Assembly (NCBI GenBank): GCA_965263035.1
Contig: OZ253580.1
Location: forward strand, 5,184,001-5,248,000
Source: Acidobacteriota bacterium
GTDB taxonomy: Bacteria > Acidobacteriota > UBA6911 > RPQK01 > JAJDTT01
Reading direction: 5' to 3'
DNA: 64,000 nt
Shown here piece by piece: positions 40,374 through 50,713 of the stretch; positions within the stretch are counted from its first letter, which is position 1, and each line of letters begins with the position of its first letter. The notes under the pieces are model-generated. The model worked only from the letters and a program-made list of their open reading frames with translations. It had not been told where the DNA came from and searched no databases. The position numbers and the translations under genes were made by a program.

Positions 40374-42027
40374 TAGTTCTCACCCGGAAAGTCGGTTTTA
40401 TCGGGATCGGGTAGCCCGAAGGAGGGCGGAGAAACTGCAATAAACCGGCACGACCGGGGGCGACAGCGGGAACTTCAAGTGCATTGAGAGCGCATCACGG
40501 ATTTTGAAGACATGGGTCCCTGGCCGGACATCGCAGATCGATCCCAAGCCGCGATTACAACAGCAGGCGGGCCAGGACCAACAAGTTGAAGCTGGTGATC
40601 GAGAGGGAGACATACTGCTGGAAGTGGGCCCAGCCCTTCGAGGTGCAGCGTCCGACTCCGAAGGCCCGCTTGATCATTGAGATGCAACCTTCGATGCCGG
40701 CCCGGAAACGTCGCAGTTGCCGGTAAACCCAACTGGAGCGCACCATCTCAGGGACCTTCAGTCCCCGTTTCTTGGCAAAAGCGACGTCTTGGATCCCTTG
40801 CTCCTTGGCCCAGTCCAAATTGGGGCGGCTGGCAAAACATCCGTCGCAACTGATCTGTCGAGGCCAGCGACCGTACAGATCATGCTGGCGCTGGATCCAA
40901 GTTTGGAACTGAGCGGCATCGTTGGGGTTCCCCCGCACCACCTCACCATCCAGCATCAGGCCGGAGGCGCCTCCGGTCAGAAACAGCTTGTGCCCGAAGA
41001 CCGTTTACCGGCGCTTCTTTTTGATGATGTCGGTGTGCGCCTCAAACAGGGAGAGGACCTTCTCGTCGGCCGGAACCTTCTCCCCCCGCAGGACCCGACG
41101 CTCGGTCTGAGCGATGATCTTGGCCGTCAAGTCCAAGTAATGGCGTAACTTTCCAGCAATGAGCTAACTGGAAGGGTCCTTCCACTGGTCCGCTTGCTGC
41201 AGAGCCATCGTGGCGTAGTGAGCCGTCTTGCGAGCGACCTTCAGCAGGTCCCGATAGGCTTGCTTGCGACGCTTGCCTCGGTGGTTGAGGATCTCCAGAC
41301 ACCGCCGCTTTGCCCGGCGCCGTGATCGTGCAAGACGATCTTGTGATGGCAGGCCAACCGGCGAAGCAGCCGGGTGAGGACTCGAACCGAGTCGCACAAC
41401 GACTGGGAATCGGTCGGATAGGGGATGGGACTTTCCACGGCCGTGGCATCGACTCGAATCTTGCGGCCCCGTTCCAGTCCCTGGAGGTTGGCCCATTGCA
41501 CCAGCAGCCGGTTGATCTGCTGCCAGGTGCCGGCTTGGATGCGGCTGATGTTCTCCTGGAGACAGGAGGCACTGGGCGTCCAGCAAAAAGAAAGACGAGC
41601 GCAAAGGCGATAGCACTGAGAGTCGTTCAGGAGGAACGCCAGTTGAGTGTAGGACAGTTGCTGCCATTGTTTGAGGATGGCCGCGCGCAGGACCTGCTCC
41701 GCGGAGAGCCCGCGAGCCCCCTGACCGGAGCTGTCGGTGTCACACAGATCGTGTGGAATCAGATCCAGTATCGAGGGATTGTCGTCCAAGATCTTGGAAA
41801 CGGCTCTTCAGTTCTTGGGCGAGTCGGTGATCGGGCCACAGCCTGGAAAGCGGACGCTGGTGTTCTCGTTTTCGACGCATTGTTCAAGCCCTCGGTTTTG
41901 CGTAAGTCATTTGGTTGGTTTGTTTTAGCACCAATCGACTACCAAACGACTATGATAAAATCGGGGCTTGAGAATGCCATCTAACTCCCTATTTCCCAAT
42001 GACTTACGGCTTTCCGGGTGAGAAATA
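40374..42027 (-). mobile_element. ISNCY/IS5-like DDE element
   Basis: Inverted repeats TAGTTCTCACCCGGAAAGTCG and CGGCTTTCCGGGTGAGAAATA. Confidence 0.75.
40555..41880 (-). pseudogene. ISNCY/IS5-like transposase with several frameshifts
   Basis: RVDATAVES.I.YPTDS, DG.FAS and FRAGIEG.IS..KR motifs spread over three or more frames. Confidence 0.85.
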
Positions 42028-42043
42028 GAACTACGAGGGGAGC

Positions 42044-43029
42044 CTACCCCTTCCCAGTCATGTCTCTGATGACTTCCATTATTCGAGGCGAAGCAGTGTC
42101 CGCAGATGACGGCTCCACATACCCGCTCACCTGTGGTGAGAATATGCAGCGCGTCGCCTCAATCAACACGGCTGCCTTTGTTTGATCGTCGCTAGCAGCC
42201 TTGGCAAACGTCTCGAAGGAAGTCAATGCATTCTGTGTCGGTGCTGGTTAACGACGAAGTTATGCCGGTGCGAGCGATACACACGGGCAGCCCAAACAAC
42301 GGCACCGAAGAAGAAAGAGAAAAGAAGAACCTTCGCTACAGCCAACTGGATCGTCTGGGACGTTCCAAGTTTGGTAGCGTTGAGCGCAAGGTAGATGTTA
42401 ACGCCGGCTAGAAAAGCAGTTGCAATCGCGAGGACAACGACACGCGTAAGCCATTTGGCTGAGGCCTTTTCGTGTTGCTCAGCTTCATTCTTGAAGTGGC
42501 GGGCATGATGGGCAACACCGGATTCCTGGGCTGCGCTTCGGACCTTCTCGAGTACTTGCTCAGTTTCGGAAATGATCGCTGTCCCCTTTTGTTCGATGTC
42601 CGATAAAAGTTCTTGGGATTCTTGTTTGAACCGCGCAAGATCAATGTTATTACGCGCCGTATACGCGATGAATGGGGCGGCTACGTCGAACAAGGAGTCG
42701 TAGGCGGCGCGCATTTCGCTGATGAGCTGGGATCTAGCTTGGACTGGGTTGCTTTGATGGTGTCCCACGGAAAATTGCTGGATCCTTGAGAACTGCTGCT
42801 CGACCCTCTCTATTGTCAACAACAAATCCTGCAGCTTCACCGGGGGAAACATTTCGAGATCGGCCTCGGCGAGGTCACGCACCAACTTGATTATTCCCCG
42901 GAAATAGGGCAGCTCGCTTTGAAAGTCGAATTCCGACCCAAGTCGATCAGTGCCAGCGAGTGCCTTCACGTCTATCCTTTTGAGTTTGTCAAGTCGAGCT
43001 TTTAGATTGGCGAGATCCTGCAATGTCAT
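42044..43029 (-). pseudogene. Helical membrane protein (2 TM), frameshifted
   Basis: Removing an extra CA at ~42235 restores ...HRQNALTSFETF... and joins ORFs 42223-43029 and 42044-42226. Confidence 0.65.
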
Positions 43030-43130
43030 ATGATTTTCATCCTCTAGTTTTTGCTATGTCGAGAGTAGGCACGAGCCTCACCCAGGGCCTTGGCTGCCCC
43101 GAACCATTATAAGAGCGTGTCCCCAAGCTT

Positions 43131-43670
43131 TCAGACGGGGATCCGCTCGACCAGGTTGCGGGAGACGCGCCGGCGGTGCCGGTCCTAGATCTGAGTGGTG
43201 CGCGGATGGGAATGACCGGCCACGTACTGGACGTCCTCGAGCGGCACGTTCTGGCTCAGCAAAGCCGTGACCACCAGGACGCGAAACAAGTGGAGCGAGA
43301 GGATTTCCGGCAGCCCGGCCGCCCGCAGCCGGCGCTTGAGCATCAGCTGCACGGCGAGAGGTGACATGGCCCGTTCGGTGAGCGGACTGCCGCAGTGCTG
43401 CCCGGCGCGAAACAACGCCGATCCCTTCGGCGCCTCCGCGAGTCCGGCTCCTTCGAAGTAGGCCGCGATCCGCTCGTCCAGGTCGTGGCGGACCGGGATT
43501 TCCCTGGCCTTGCCCCCTTTCTCCTCAAACTGCAGCGCCCGGTGGTTGCCGTGATCGCGTAGGTCCTCCATTCGGAGCCGGCTGATGGCCCCGACCCGGG
43601 AGCCGGTGTAGGTGAACGTCCCCAGGACCGCCCGGTCCCGCAACCCGCGGCCAAGGTCATCGAGGGCTTG
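43131..43670 (-). pseudogene. Tyrosine recombinase catalytic-domain remnant
   Basis: TGSRV, KGGK, HLFR and GHSHPRTTQI*DR: catalytic Tyr codon replaced by TAG; N-domain missing. Confidence 0.82.
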
Positions 43671-43721
43671 AAGGGCCGATAAGCCGAACCGAACGCCGTT
43701 GGCAGACTGTACCCGAGTCAT

Positions 43722-44360
43722 TTAGAAAGGGATGTCATCGTCTGTGATGGTTACCTCATCCGCAGGAGGATTGTTGCCAGTCAATTCCGGGATTCGAGCG
43801 AGTGCGGAGTACAGTTCCTTAGAATCACTCTTTGTAAGGGAAAACTGGTTAAACCACACAGGCGAAACTGAGTTTGCATACTCGCTGTGGCCCAGCGAAA
43901 GTATGGTCCAGAATTTGGATTGTTGATCGTCGTCGTATCGACAATGCACCATATCAACATACGCCATGCGTGAGCCCTCCGAATCGGTTGGAGGGACCAA
44001 CTTTGATTGGCACTCATTCAGTTTTTCCTGGAGGGTGTTGTTACGGGCATTAAGTGATTCAACCTCCCCTGCTATGCTAACCGCGTCCTCTTTTGTCTTT
44101 TGCATTTCGTCTGTCCTTAACTCGAACAGGTACTTTTCCGCGTCCGTATGCCGCTTCATAGCGGTAACCCATTGATACAAGGTTGCGTTTAGCAATAGGG
44201 ACACCACCAACGCCACGGCCCACCACTTGTTTTCCCAATCAGCCCACCAACCCGTAGCCGCTACAGCGACGACAAACAAGGTATTCCCAATCACCCCACC
44301 GGCTACCGACAGAAAAAACGTCTTGAATCTTCTTTGTGCTGCCATAACATCTCTCATCAA
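43722..44360 (-). CDS. Hypothetical 2-TM plus coiled-coil protein with C-terminal DDDIPF
   Basis: Two hydrophobic segments, a heptad region and an acidic tail; lower GC. Confidence 0.7.
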   Translation of the reverse strand: MMRDVMAAQRRFKTFFLSVAGGVIGNTLFVVAVAATGWWADWENKWWAVALVVSLLLNATLYQWVTAMKRHTDAEKYLFELRTDEMQKTKEDAVSIAGEVESLNARNNTLQEKLNECQSKLVPPTDSEGSRMAYVDMVHCRYDDDQQSKFWTILSLGHSEYANSVSPVWFNQFSLTKSDSKELYSALARIPELTGNNPPADEVTITDDDIPF

Positions 44361-44658
44361 TAATCGGTCGATTCAAACCGGCGCGGGCAACGCACGCACC
44401 GCCAGTATGATAGCCCCTCATTTTAAGCTGTACCTGTGACACAAGAGGCCGAGGACTTTCGAGGAGAACGCACACCTCGACGTACATGGAGTTGGGGGTT
44501 TAGAAAATTGGTGGGCTGTCGGGGCTCTAAGTAGACGATGGCCTACAAATCTAGTTTTCGCTCAAAGAACCCTTATAGGCTGGCTGCCTCTTCCACTGCT
44601 ATACCGCCTCTGACGAGAGACTGAAACGCTCTGGCCCTGCCCGTGAGGTCACCCGCCA

Positions 44659-44790
44659 TCAGTTCGGAGAATACGGGCTCACCTCCAGTTCTAGCTTCGC
44701 CCGAAGCTCTGTCTGGATCGTCCTTGCAAGCGGTTGAACGCTCAGGTGTAGAAACTGCCGGAACGCCTGCCGCCGGGCCGTCCCGTCTGA
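44659..44790 (-). pseudogene. Possible phage portal protein C-terminal fragment
   Basis: RRQAFRQFLHLSVQPLARTIQTELRAKL resembles HK97-type portal C-termini. Confidence 0.4.
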
Positions 44791-45267
44791 CCGGCCTTCT
44801 CTCTGTGGGGAAGAGTAGGTCATCCTACCGCGCAATGAATGCCCTGGACAGATCACGCGACAATGTAACTCTGGGCGCTTGAGGCCTGTCTCTGGAGGGC
44901 CAGTCAGCTATTATTCAGGGTTCTCCCTAGTCGAGCCCACCGAGTGCTGGAACACCCGGCAGACTCTATGCTAACTCGTCCTGCGTCAGAGGAAGAGCTA
45001 GGCTAATCCGTATTCTAACTGAATCTCTCCGATGCCTGAATCTGGCGCAGGGCGCTCTCCCGGAGGGCCTGCCATGTCTGCTGCGCCCAAAGATGAAACC
45101 AAGCGATTTGGCCATCATTGGAATCATTCTGGGTGTACTAATCCTTGTGATTCCGCTAGTTGTCCTGATCGATTCGGAACTGAGGGCAGCTTTCATGCAG
45201 ATTCAGATGGACCAGCATGAAGACGAGATCGAAACGGGGAGTTCGCGGGAATCCCAGAACGCCTTAG

Positions 45268-47032
45268 CCTGCATTTCTCATCAGTAGAACAATAAACGGA
45301 AGTTGAACCGTCGTCTGGGTGATTCTTTATCCATACGAGTTCAAGAGGCAGTTTTCGTGCTCGAACGTGCCGACCAACGGCCAGATGCAGCGCTTCTCCA
45401 GAGCCTTTTGACGCCCATCCTGCGCTTCTGAGCGACGACTCTCGACCCGGTGCCCACTCCGGGGCGCAGTCCATCCTGGGGACTCCCAAGTCGCCATCGT
45501 CCAAAGAGTTCTTTCCATCCGTTGCTAACAGCGAAGCGGGAGGGCTTGCACTTGCGTCAGAGCCGTCCTCAACAGCGCCGCATACGGATAGCTCTCGGAA
45601 AAGGACAACCAGACCTTGCGGCTGGTGATCCGGACCTGTGCCCCGATCTTCAGCAATCTCACCCGCAGGGTCCAGCTCTGCGCCCGCGCCAGCTTCGTCC
45701 CCGCCAGCCCCACCCGTCGCAACGTCTCCATCATCACGTAGGCGAATGCCGAGAAATACAACCGCAGTTGATTCCCCGCCAGCTTCCGGGTCGACGTGCG
45801 GTCCGCAAACAGACCCATCTGCTGTTCCTTTATCCGATTCTCCATGTCTCCCCGCGCGCAGTAGACCTCCTCGTACAATCTTCGCCCATCGCATTCCTGG
45901 ACCGGGACCGAAGTCACGATGAATCGCGGGTTCTTTCCCCGGGGCAGGTGCTCCACCTTCGCCACCACCCGGCGCTCGCACGACCAACTCTTGTGCGTCT
46001 GATAGCGCAGTTCCTGGAACTGCCTCACGGCCTTCCCGATCGCCCGCTGCAACTGCCGGACGGTCTCCATCCGGGTCGCGATCCTCCGCTTCAGCCGATC
46101 GTTCTGCGCCAACCCCAGGACGTAATCGATCCCTTCCTTCTCGCACCAGACCATCAACTCGTCGTTGGAGAAGGCACTGTCCCCTCGAACCGTGATCCGC
46201 ACCTGGGGCCACGCTTCACGCAGCCGCCTCACGATTGGTTCCAACTCCGCCACCACCCCGTGGGCCGCGCCTCGATCCGCCGTGCGCAGCCGCGCACGCA
46301 ACAGGTGTTCCCCACAGAAGACGTACAGCGGCAGGTAGCAGTAGCGTTTGTAATAGCCGTGGAAGAACCGTCCCTCCTGCTTCCCATGCAGCGGATCGTC
46401 CGTGGCGTCTACATCCAGGATCACCTCCTCCGGGGGCTCCGGATGCGCTTCCACAAACACCTCCAGCAGCAGCTCGTCCATCCCCGCCGGGTCGGCCACG
46501 ATCTTCTTGTACGCGCCCTCCGGTCCCTCCAACGGAGTCCGCTCCAGTCGGTTCAGGGTGCTCTTGCCTGCCAGCGGCTTGCCTCGATCCGACTCCACGC
46601 GCCGGAACTCCCCCGTCAGATCATCTCGATCACACAACAGCGCCAAGAGCCGGTCCCGGCACAACTCGTCGTGGTCGTTGAGGTCCTCGTAGCCCAGGCA
46701 CAGCCCCAGCACCCGCTGTTTGATCAACGCCTCCACCGGGTGTTCGACTCGATCCGAGTCTCGATAGTCGGTGAAGCATTCGCTCAGACGACCCAGAATC
46801 CGGGTCCGCTGCTCCACTTCGCGCAGGAGCACGCCACCGGCGTCGGAGGTGATCTCGCCGCCGTCGAACCGGCCCACGACATCCCGTCCGTCCAGGCCCT
46901 GAAATCTGAGCTTTATTCTGGTACACTCTGCGGTCATAAGGTCGCGTCCCTTCTGCTTTGTAAGTTATTGATTACACAACACTTATAGCAGAAAACGCGG
47001 CCTTTATCAATCTTTCTGATGAGATATCCGGG
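45268..47032 (-). mobile_element. IS1380 family element
   Basis: Inverted repeats CCTGCATTTCTCATCAG and CTGATGAGATATCCGGG; TTAG target duplication at 45264-67 and 47033-36. Confidence 0.88.
45525..46937 (-). CDS. IS1380 family transposase, intact
   Basis: TSDAGG.LL, GYEDLND, LDVDATDD, RGDSAF and RGDMENRIKE. Confidence 0.95.
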   Translation of the reverse strand: MTAECTRIKLRFQGLDGRDVVGRFDGGEITSDAGGVLLREVEQRTRILGRLSECFTDYRDSDRVEHPVEALIKQRVLGLCLGYEDLNDHDELCRDRLLALLCDRDDLTGEFRRVESDRGKPLAGKSTLNRLERTPLEGPEGAYKKIVADPAGMDELLLEVFVEAHPEPPEEVILDVDATDDPLHGKQEGRFFHGYYKRYCYLPLYVFCGEHLLRARLRTADRGAAHGVVAELEPIVRRLREAWPQVRITVRGDSAFSNDELMVWCEKEGIDYVLGLAQNDRLKRRIATRMETVRQLQRAIGKAVRQFQELRYQTHKSWSCERRVVAKVEHLPRGKNPRFIVTSVPVQECDGRRLYEEVYCARGDMENRIKEQQMGLFADRTSTRKLAGNQLRLYFSAFAYVMMETLRRVGLAGTKLARAQSWTLRVRLLKIGAQVRITSRKVWLSFSESYPYAALLRTALTQVQALPLRC

Positions 47033-47344
47033 TTAGGTCTTCGCCAGAATCCGTTTCCGGAATCCAGCCACTCCGTATCCGACCCATCTATTGTCCAGGA
47101 CAGCAACAAAGCGCGCGACGACAATGGGACCATCGGCGTATGGTGGAAAGCCGCCGGTGGCCTTTCCGGAAAACTTCGGATCAAGAAGGAGGGAGCCAAG
47201 CTGACGGAGAATTGGACCTTCATGAACGGGCAAACCAGACTCGGAAACTGGTAGAGTCCAAGGAGGCTGGACTCAGGCGGTTCGACGTCCTCGCGCTCAG
47301 ATCATTGGAGAAACCACCGGACGTCCCGGGCGTAGGGCCGTCGG

Positions 47345-48148
47345 TCAAAAGGATGCGTTGTCATCGCCCGCCCGCATCTCCATCTCTGCGACGCCAGAGG
47401 TGCACACTTCACACTGGCATGTCCACGGGTCGTGAAAATATAGTGTCATGATGACTCGATCCCAAATAAGGAATGCCCAGTAGTTCAACGTACCCAAATC
47501 TGTCTCGAAAACGCGGAAGCGATAGTCAAATACACCACCATATCGTCCATGCGTCTCATCGTCAGCGAGGCTGCTTACGTACATAACATGCTCTGGCGGG
47601 CGCTGGTTTGGAGGGATAACCTCGCACCCTACGGCAATACCTACCGGGAGAATTGCGCAGTGGTGGTGAAAATACAGACCGCGGACAATTTTCCATGCTA
47701 CACGCGTTATTCGGTCACCATCTTGACGCTTCGCAACGACACCTGACGGGAGGTAAAGGCCACTAGGATGCGGTTCAAACTCACGGAGAATCTTCTCGGC
47801 TAGCAATAGTTTGTGCTCGTCTTCTCGAGCATCTGCCATAAACTTTTTGTAGGTGGAGTTTCCTGCCACGGAGCCACGAGCGAATGGCATCAATGTTGCT
47901 ATGAAATACTCCTCGTCTAGCGAGTAGGATTCGTTACACTGGCGGTGGACCCGAAATGTAATTAGCTGATTGAGATTATGCTGCTTCCGAATTTCAGGAG
48001 AGAATAATGCTCGTGGCGGGCAGTGATCCTTACTGGTCGGGCATGACAATTTCCGACCGCACAAGTAGCAGCGGGTGCGTGCCTTCGGAGACCTGCTGCC
48101 GGTTGCTGGATCAGAATGTTTCTTCGAAATCATCTCCCCCGGTTCCAA
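47345..48148 (-). CDS. Hypothetical protein with an HNH-like zinc-binding N-terminus
   Basis: CYLCG...SKDH.PP..LF...H..CN pattern; C-terminal CxCxxC. Confidence 0.6.
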   Translation of the reverse strand: MEPGEMISKKHSDPATGSRSPKARTRCYLCGRKLSCPTSKDHCPPRALFSPEIRKQHNLNQLITFRVHRQCNESYSLDEEYFIATLMPFARGSVAGNSTYKKFMADAREDEHKLLLAEKILREFEPHPSGLYLPSGVVAKRQDGDRITRVAWKIVRGLYFHHHCAILPVGIAVGCEVIPPNQRPPEHVMYVSSLADDETHGRYGGVFDYRFRVFETDLGTLNYWAFLIWDRVIMTLYFHDPWTCQCEVCTSGVAEMEMRAGDDNASF

Positions 48149-48879
48149 TTGCGTTTGCTATTTTCGGATTCTTGTAGACAGCGAACTGTGAATCAACCGA
48201 TGTGGCCGGCTCACGACAGGACGCGACGATCGACCATAAGGGATGAGCGTTCTTATCGGCACTTATTTCGGGAAATACTTGTGTCACGACTCTGGGACAG
48301 ATTGGGCGAATAGGGCATTCCTTGCCTCAATCTTCCGTTCTGTTTCCTGTTGTGCTTGATCCAGACCTGCCGGCACCACTCGTGGGACATTACCACCTAC
48401 TGCGCGATAGAGTGAGATCCTCGCCCATTGCGGTCCCAGTCCGGTTGGACCAGCTTGAGGACGTCTCCGAATCAACCGCTGGTGTTCCGGGGTCCGGCTC
48501 CGCGCGCCGCGAACTTTTTTGGGACGAGTGCCTTATCTCCGACCGCATCGGACTCGACCCGCCAGCCCGCTGCCTGAACGGCCCGGTCTTGCTCAACAAG
48601 TTCCTGGATTGGGTGATCCAGTGAGGAAGGAGCCGGACAGGGGTCCCCGATGGGCATTAGATTTCGAGCTTGGGCATTTCGATCCAAGAATGACGACCAG
48701 ATGTCAGCGAAACAAATTGACCGCCGAGTATCACGCCATAATCGTCGCCCTCCATGACGAGCTTTCGATGGTGGACCTTTGATTGCTGCCGCGTGGTCAC
48801 CGAGGAATTGCGAGACGTGTGGACCTCGACGAAACCACCCCGCTCAAAATGTCCCTGCAGATGTTGGTCTTCCGTTCTC

Positions 48880-49080
48880 ATTAACGAACCCTCCGCGCTA
48901 CGGGCGGCCACCTCCGCCCACTTCAACTCCTCCGCACGCGCTTCGGCGGCCTCCGCCCGCTCGATGGTCTGCTCGTACAGCCGCCGCCATCAGGCGTTTG
49001 ATCTTCATGTGCTTCATGATCCAGCCGCGATCCCTCAGCGCCGCGTGCATGCGGCGCCAGCCATAGGCGGAGGGATCGCT
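48880..49080 (-). pseudogene. Fused transposase scraps (IS3 HTH fragment; IS66-like N-terminal fragment)
   Basis: YGWRRMHAALRDRGW...IKRLM, then LYEQTIERAEAAEARAEELKWAEVAARS in another frame. Confidence 0.45.
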
Positions 49081-49084
49081 TCGA

Positions 49085-50713
49085 TTACTTATTAGGCGCT
49101 GGCAATGGGGATAGTCCAAGTTCCTTCAGAAACGCGTTGTGCTTCGCCGTTGCCTCCTGAATCTGTTTCTCGATCTCGACCAACTCCTTGTGCGTGGCCG
49201 ACAGATCTATCGCGACCTCCGGCTTGGCCGTGCTGACATAGCGCGAGATGTTCAGGTTGCAGTCATTGGCCTCAATCTCGTCCATCTCCACACGTCTGGC
49301 GTACCGCTCGATGCGCTCCGGACGCTGCCGGTAGGTGTCGATGATCTTCTCGATATGCTCGTCGGACAGGTAGTTCTGCCGCTTTCCCTTCTCGAAATGC
49401 TCGGACGCGTTGATGAACAGCACATCATCGGGCTTCTTGCACTTTTTCAGGACGAGGATGCAGACCGGGATGCCGGTCGAGTAGAACAGATTCGCCGGAA
49501 GGCCGATAACGGTGTCGATGTGCCCGTCGTCAAGGAGCTTGCGGCGAATCTTTGCCTCCGCGCCACCGCGGAACAGCACGCCGTGCGGCACGATGATCGC
49601 CATCACACCGTCATCCTTGAGGTAGTGAAAACCGTGCAGCAGGAACGCGAAGTCCGCCGCCGACTTCGGGGCCAGCCCGTAGTTCTTGAAGCGCACGTCC
49701 TCGCCTAACGCCTCGTTCGGGTTCCAGCGGTAGCTGAACGGCGGGTTGGCAACCACGGCGTCGAAGTGGGGCTTCTTGGCCGGGTTCGTCTCGCGGAGCA
49801 TGTCCCAGTCGTTCGTCAGCGTGTCGCCGTGATAGATCTCGAACTCTGAGTCCTTCACCCCGTGCAGTAGCATGTTCATCCGCGCGAGGTTGTAGGTCGT
49901 GATGTTCTTCTCCTGCCCGTAGATCTTGCCGATGCCGTGCGACCCCATGCGCTTGCGGACATTGAGCAGCAGCGAGCCCGAGCCGCAGGCGAAGTCCATC
50001 ACGCTGGCGAGGTGCTTCCGCTTGCCGGTCTTCGGCTCCTGGCCGTCGAGCGCGACGATCGAGGAGAGGATGTCCGAGATCCGCTGCGGCGTGTAGAACT
50101 CACCGGCCTTCTTGCCCGAGCCAGCGGCGAACTGGCCGATCAGGTACTCATAGGCGTCGCCGAGGGCGTCGCTGTCCGTGGAGAACTCCGCGAGGCCCTC
50201 GGCTATCCTGGTGATGATCGTGCAGAGCTTCGTGTTCCGGTCCGAGTAGGTCTTGCCGAGTTTCTCCGAGCCGAGATTGATTTCCGAGAACAGACCCGCG
50301 AACGTGCTCTGGAATGACTTGTTCTCGATGTATTTGAAGCCTGCCTGGAGCGTGTTGAGCAGCTCGCCGTCTTGGGTGCGGGCCATGTGGGCGATGCTGG
50401 CCCAGAGGTGCTCGGGGTGAATGACATAGTGCGCCTTGAGACGCATCTGCTTCTCGAATACCGACACATCTTCGGGGTTCTGCTCGTACCAGACAAACAG
50501 GGAGGACCGCCCGCCGTTGGCGATGGCGTTCGGGTCGGGGTAGTCGCGCCCGAGTTCCTTCTTCGCGGCCCGCTCGTAGTTGTCTGAGAGGTAGCGGAGA
50601 AACAGGAACGCGAGCATGTAGTCGCGAAAATCGTCCGCGTTCATCGCCCCACGGAGATGGTCGGCGATGGACCATAGCGTCTTGCCAAGCTGTTTCTGGT
50701 TGTTTTCTGTCAC
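49085..50713 (-). CDS. hsdM: Type I R-M methyltransferase subunit
   Basis: GEFYTP, DFACGSGSLL, NPPF, PHGVLFRG and NLNISRYV. Confidence 0.96.
   Translation of the reverse strand: MTENNQKQLGKTLWSIADHLRGAMNADDFRDYMLAFLFLRYLSDNYERAAKKELGRDYPDPNAIANGGRSSLFVWYEQNPEDVSVFEKQMRLKAHYVIHPEHLWASIAHMARTQDGELLNTLQAGFKYIENKSFQSTFAGLFSEINLGSEKLGKTYSDRNTKLCTIITRIAEGLAEFSTDSDALGDAYEYLIGQFAAGSGKKAGEFYTPQRISDILSSIVALDGQEPKTGKRKHLASVMDFACGSGSLLLNVRKRMGSHGIGKIYGQEKNITTYNLARMNMLLHGVKDSEFEIYHGDTLTNDWDMLRETNPAKKPHFDAVVANPPFSYRWNPNEALGEDVRFKNYGLAPKSAADFAFLLHGFHYLKDDGVMAIIVPHGVLFRGGAEAKIRRKLLDDGHIDTVIGLPANLFYSTGIPVCILVLKKCKKPDDVLFINASEHFEKGKRQNYLSDEHIEKIIDTYRQRPERIERYARRVEMDEIEANDCNLNISRYVSTAKPEVAIDLSATHKELVEIEKQIQEATAKHNAFLKELGLSPLPAPNK

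Larger units (their letters stand above)
45093..47254 (+). pseudogene. Membrane-anchored hypothetical gene split by IS1380
   Basis: N-terminal TM ORF ends in the IS; removing the IS and one TTAG continues the frame (...QNAL|GLRQNPF...WWKAAG...). Confidence 0.55.

Noticed and set aside
48150-48880. Several short overlapping ORFs
   Set aside because: No recognisable motifs; probably gene debris, and frame and strand cannot be assigned
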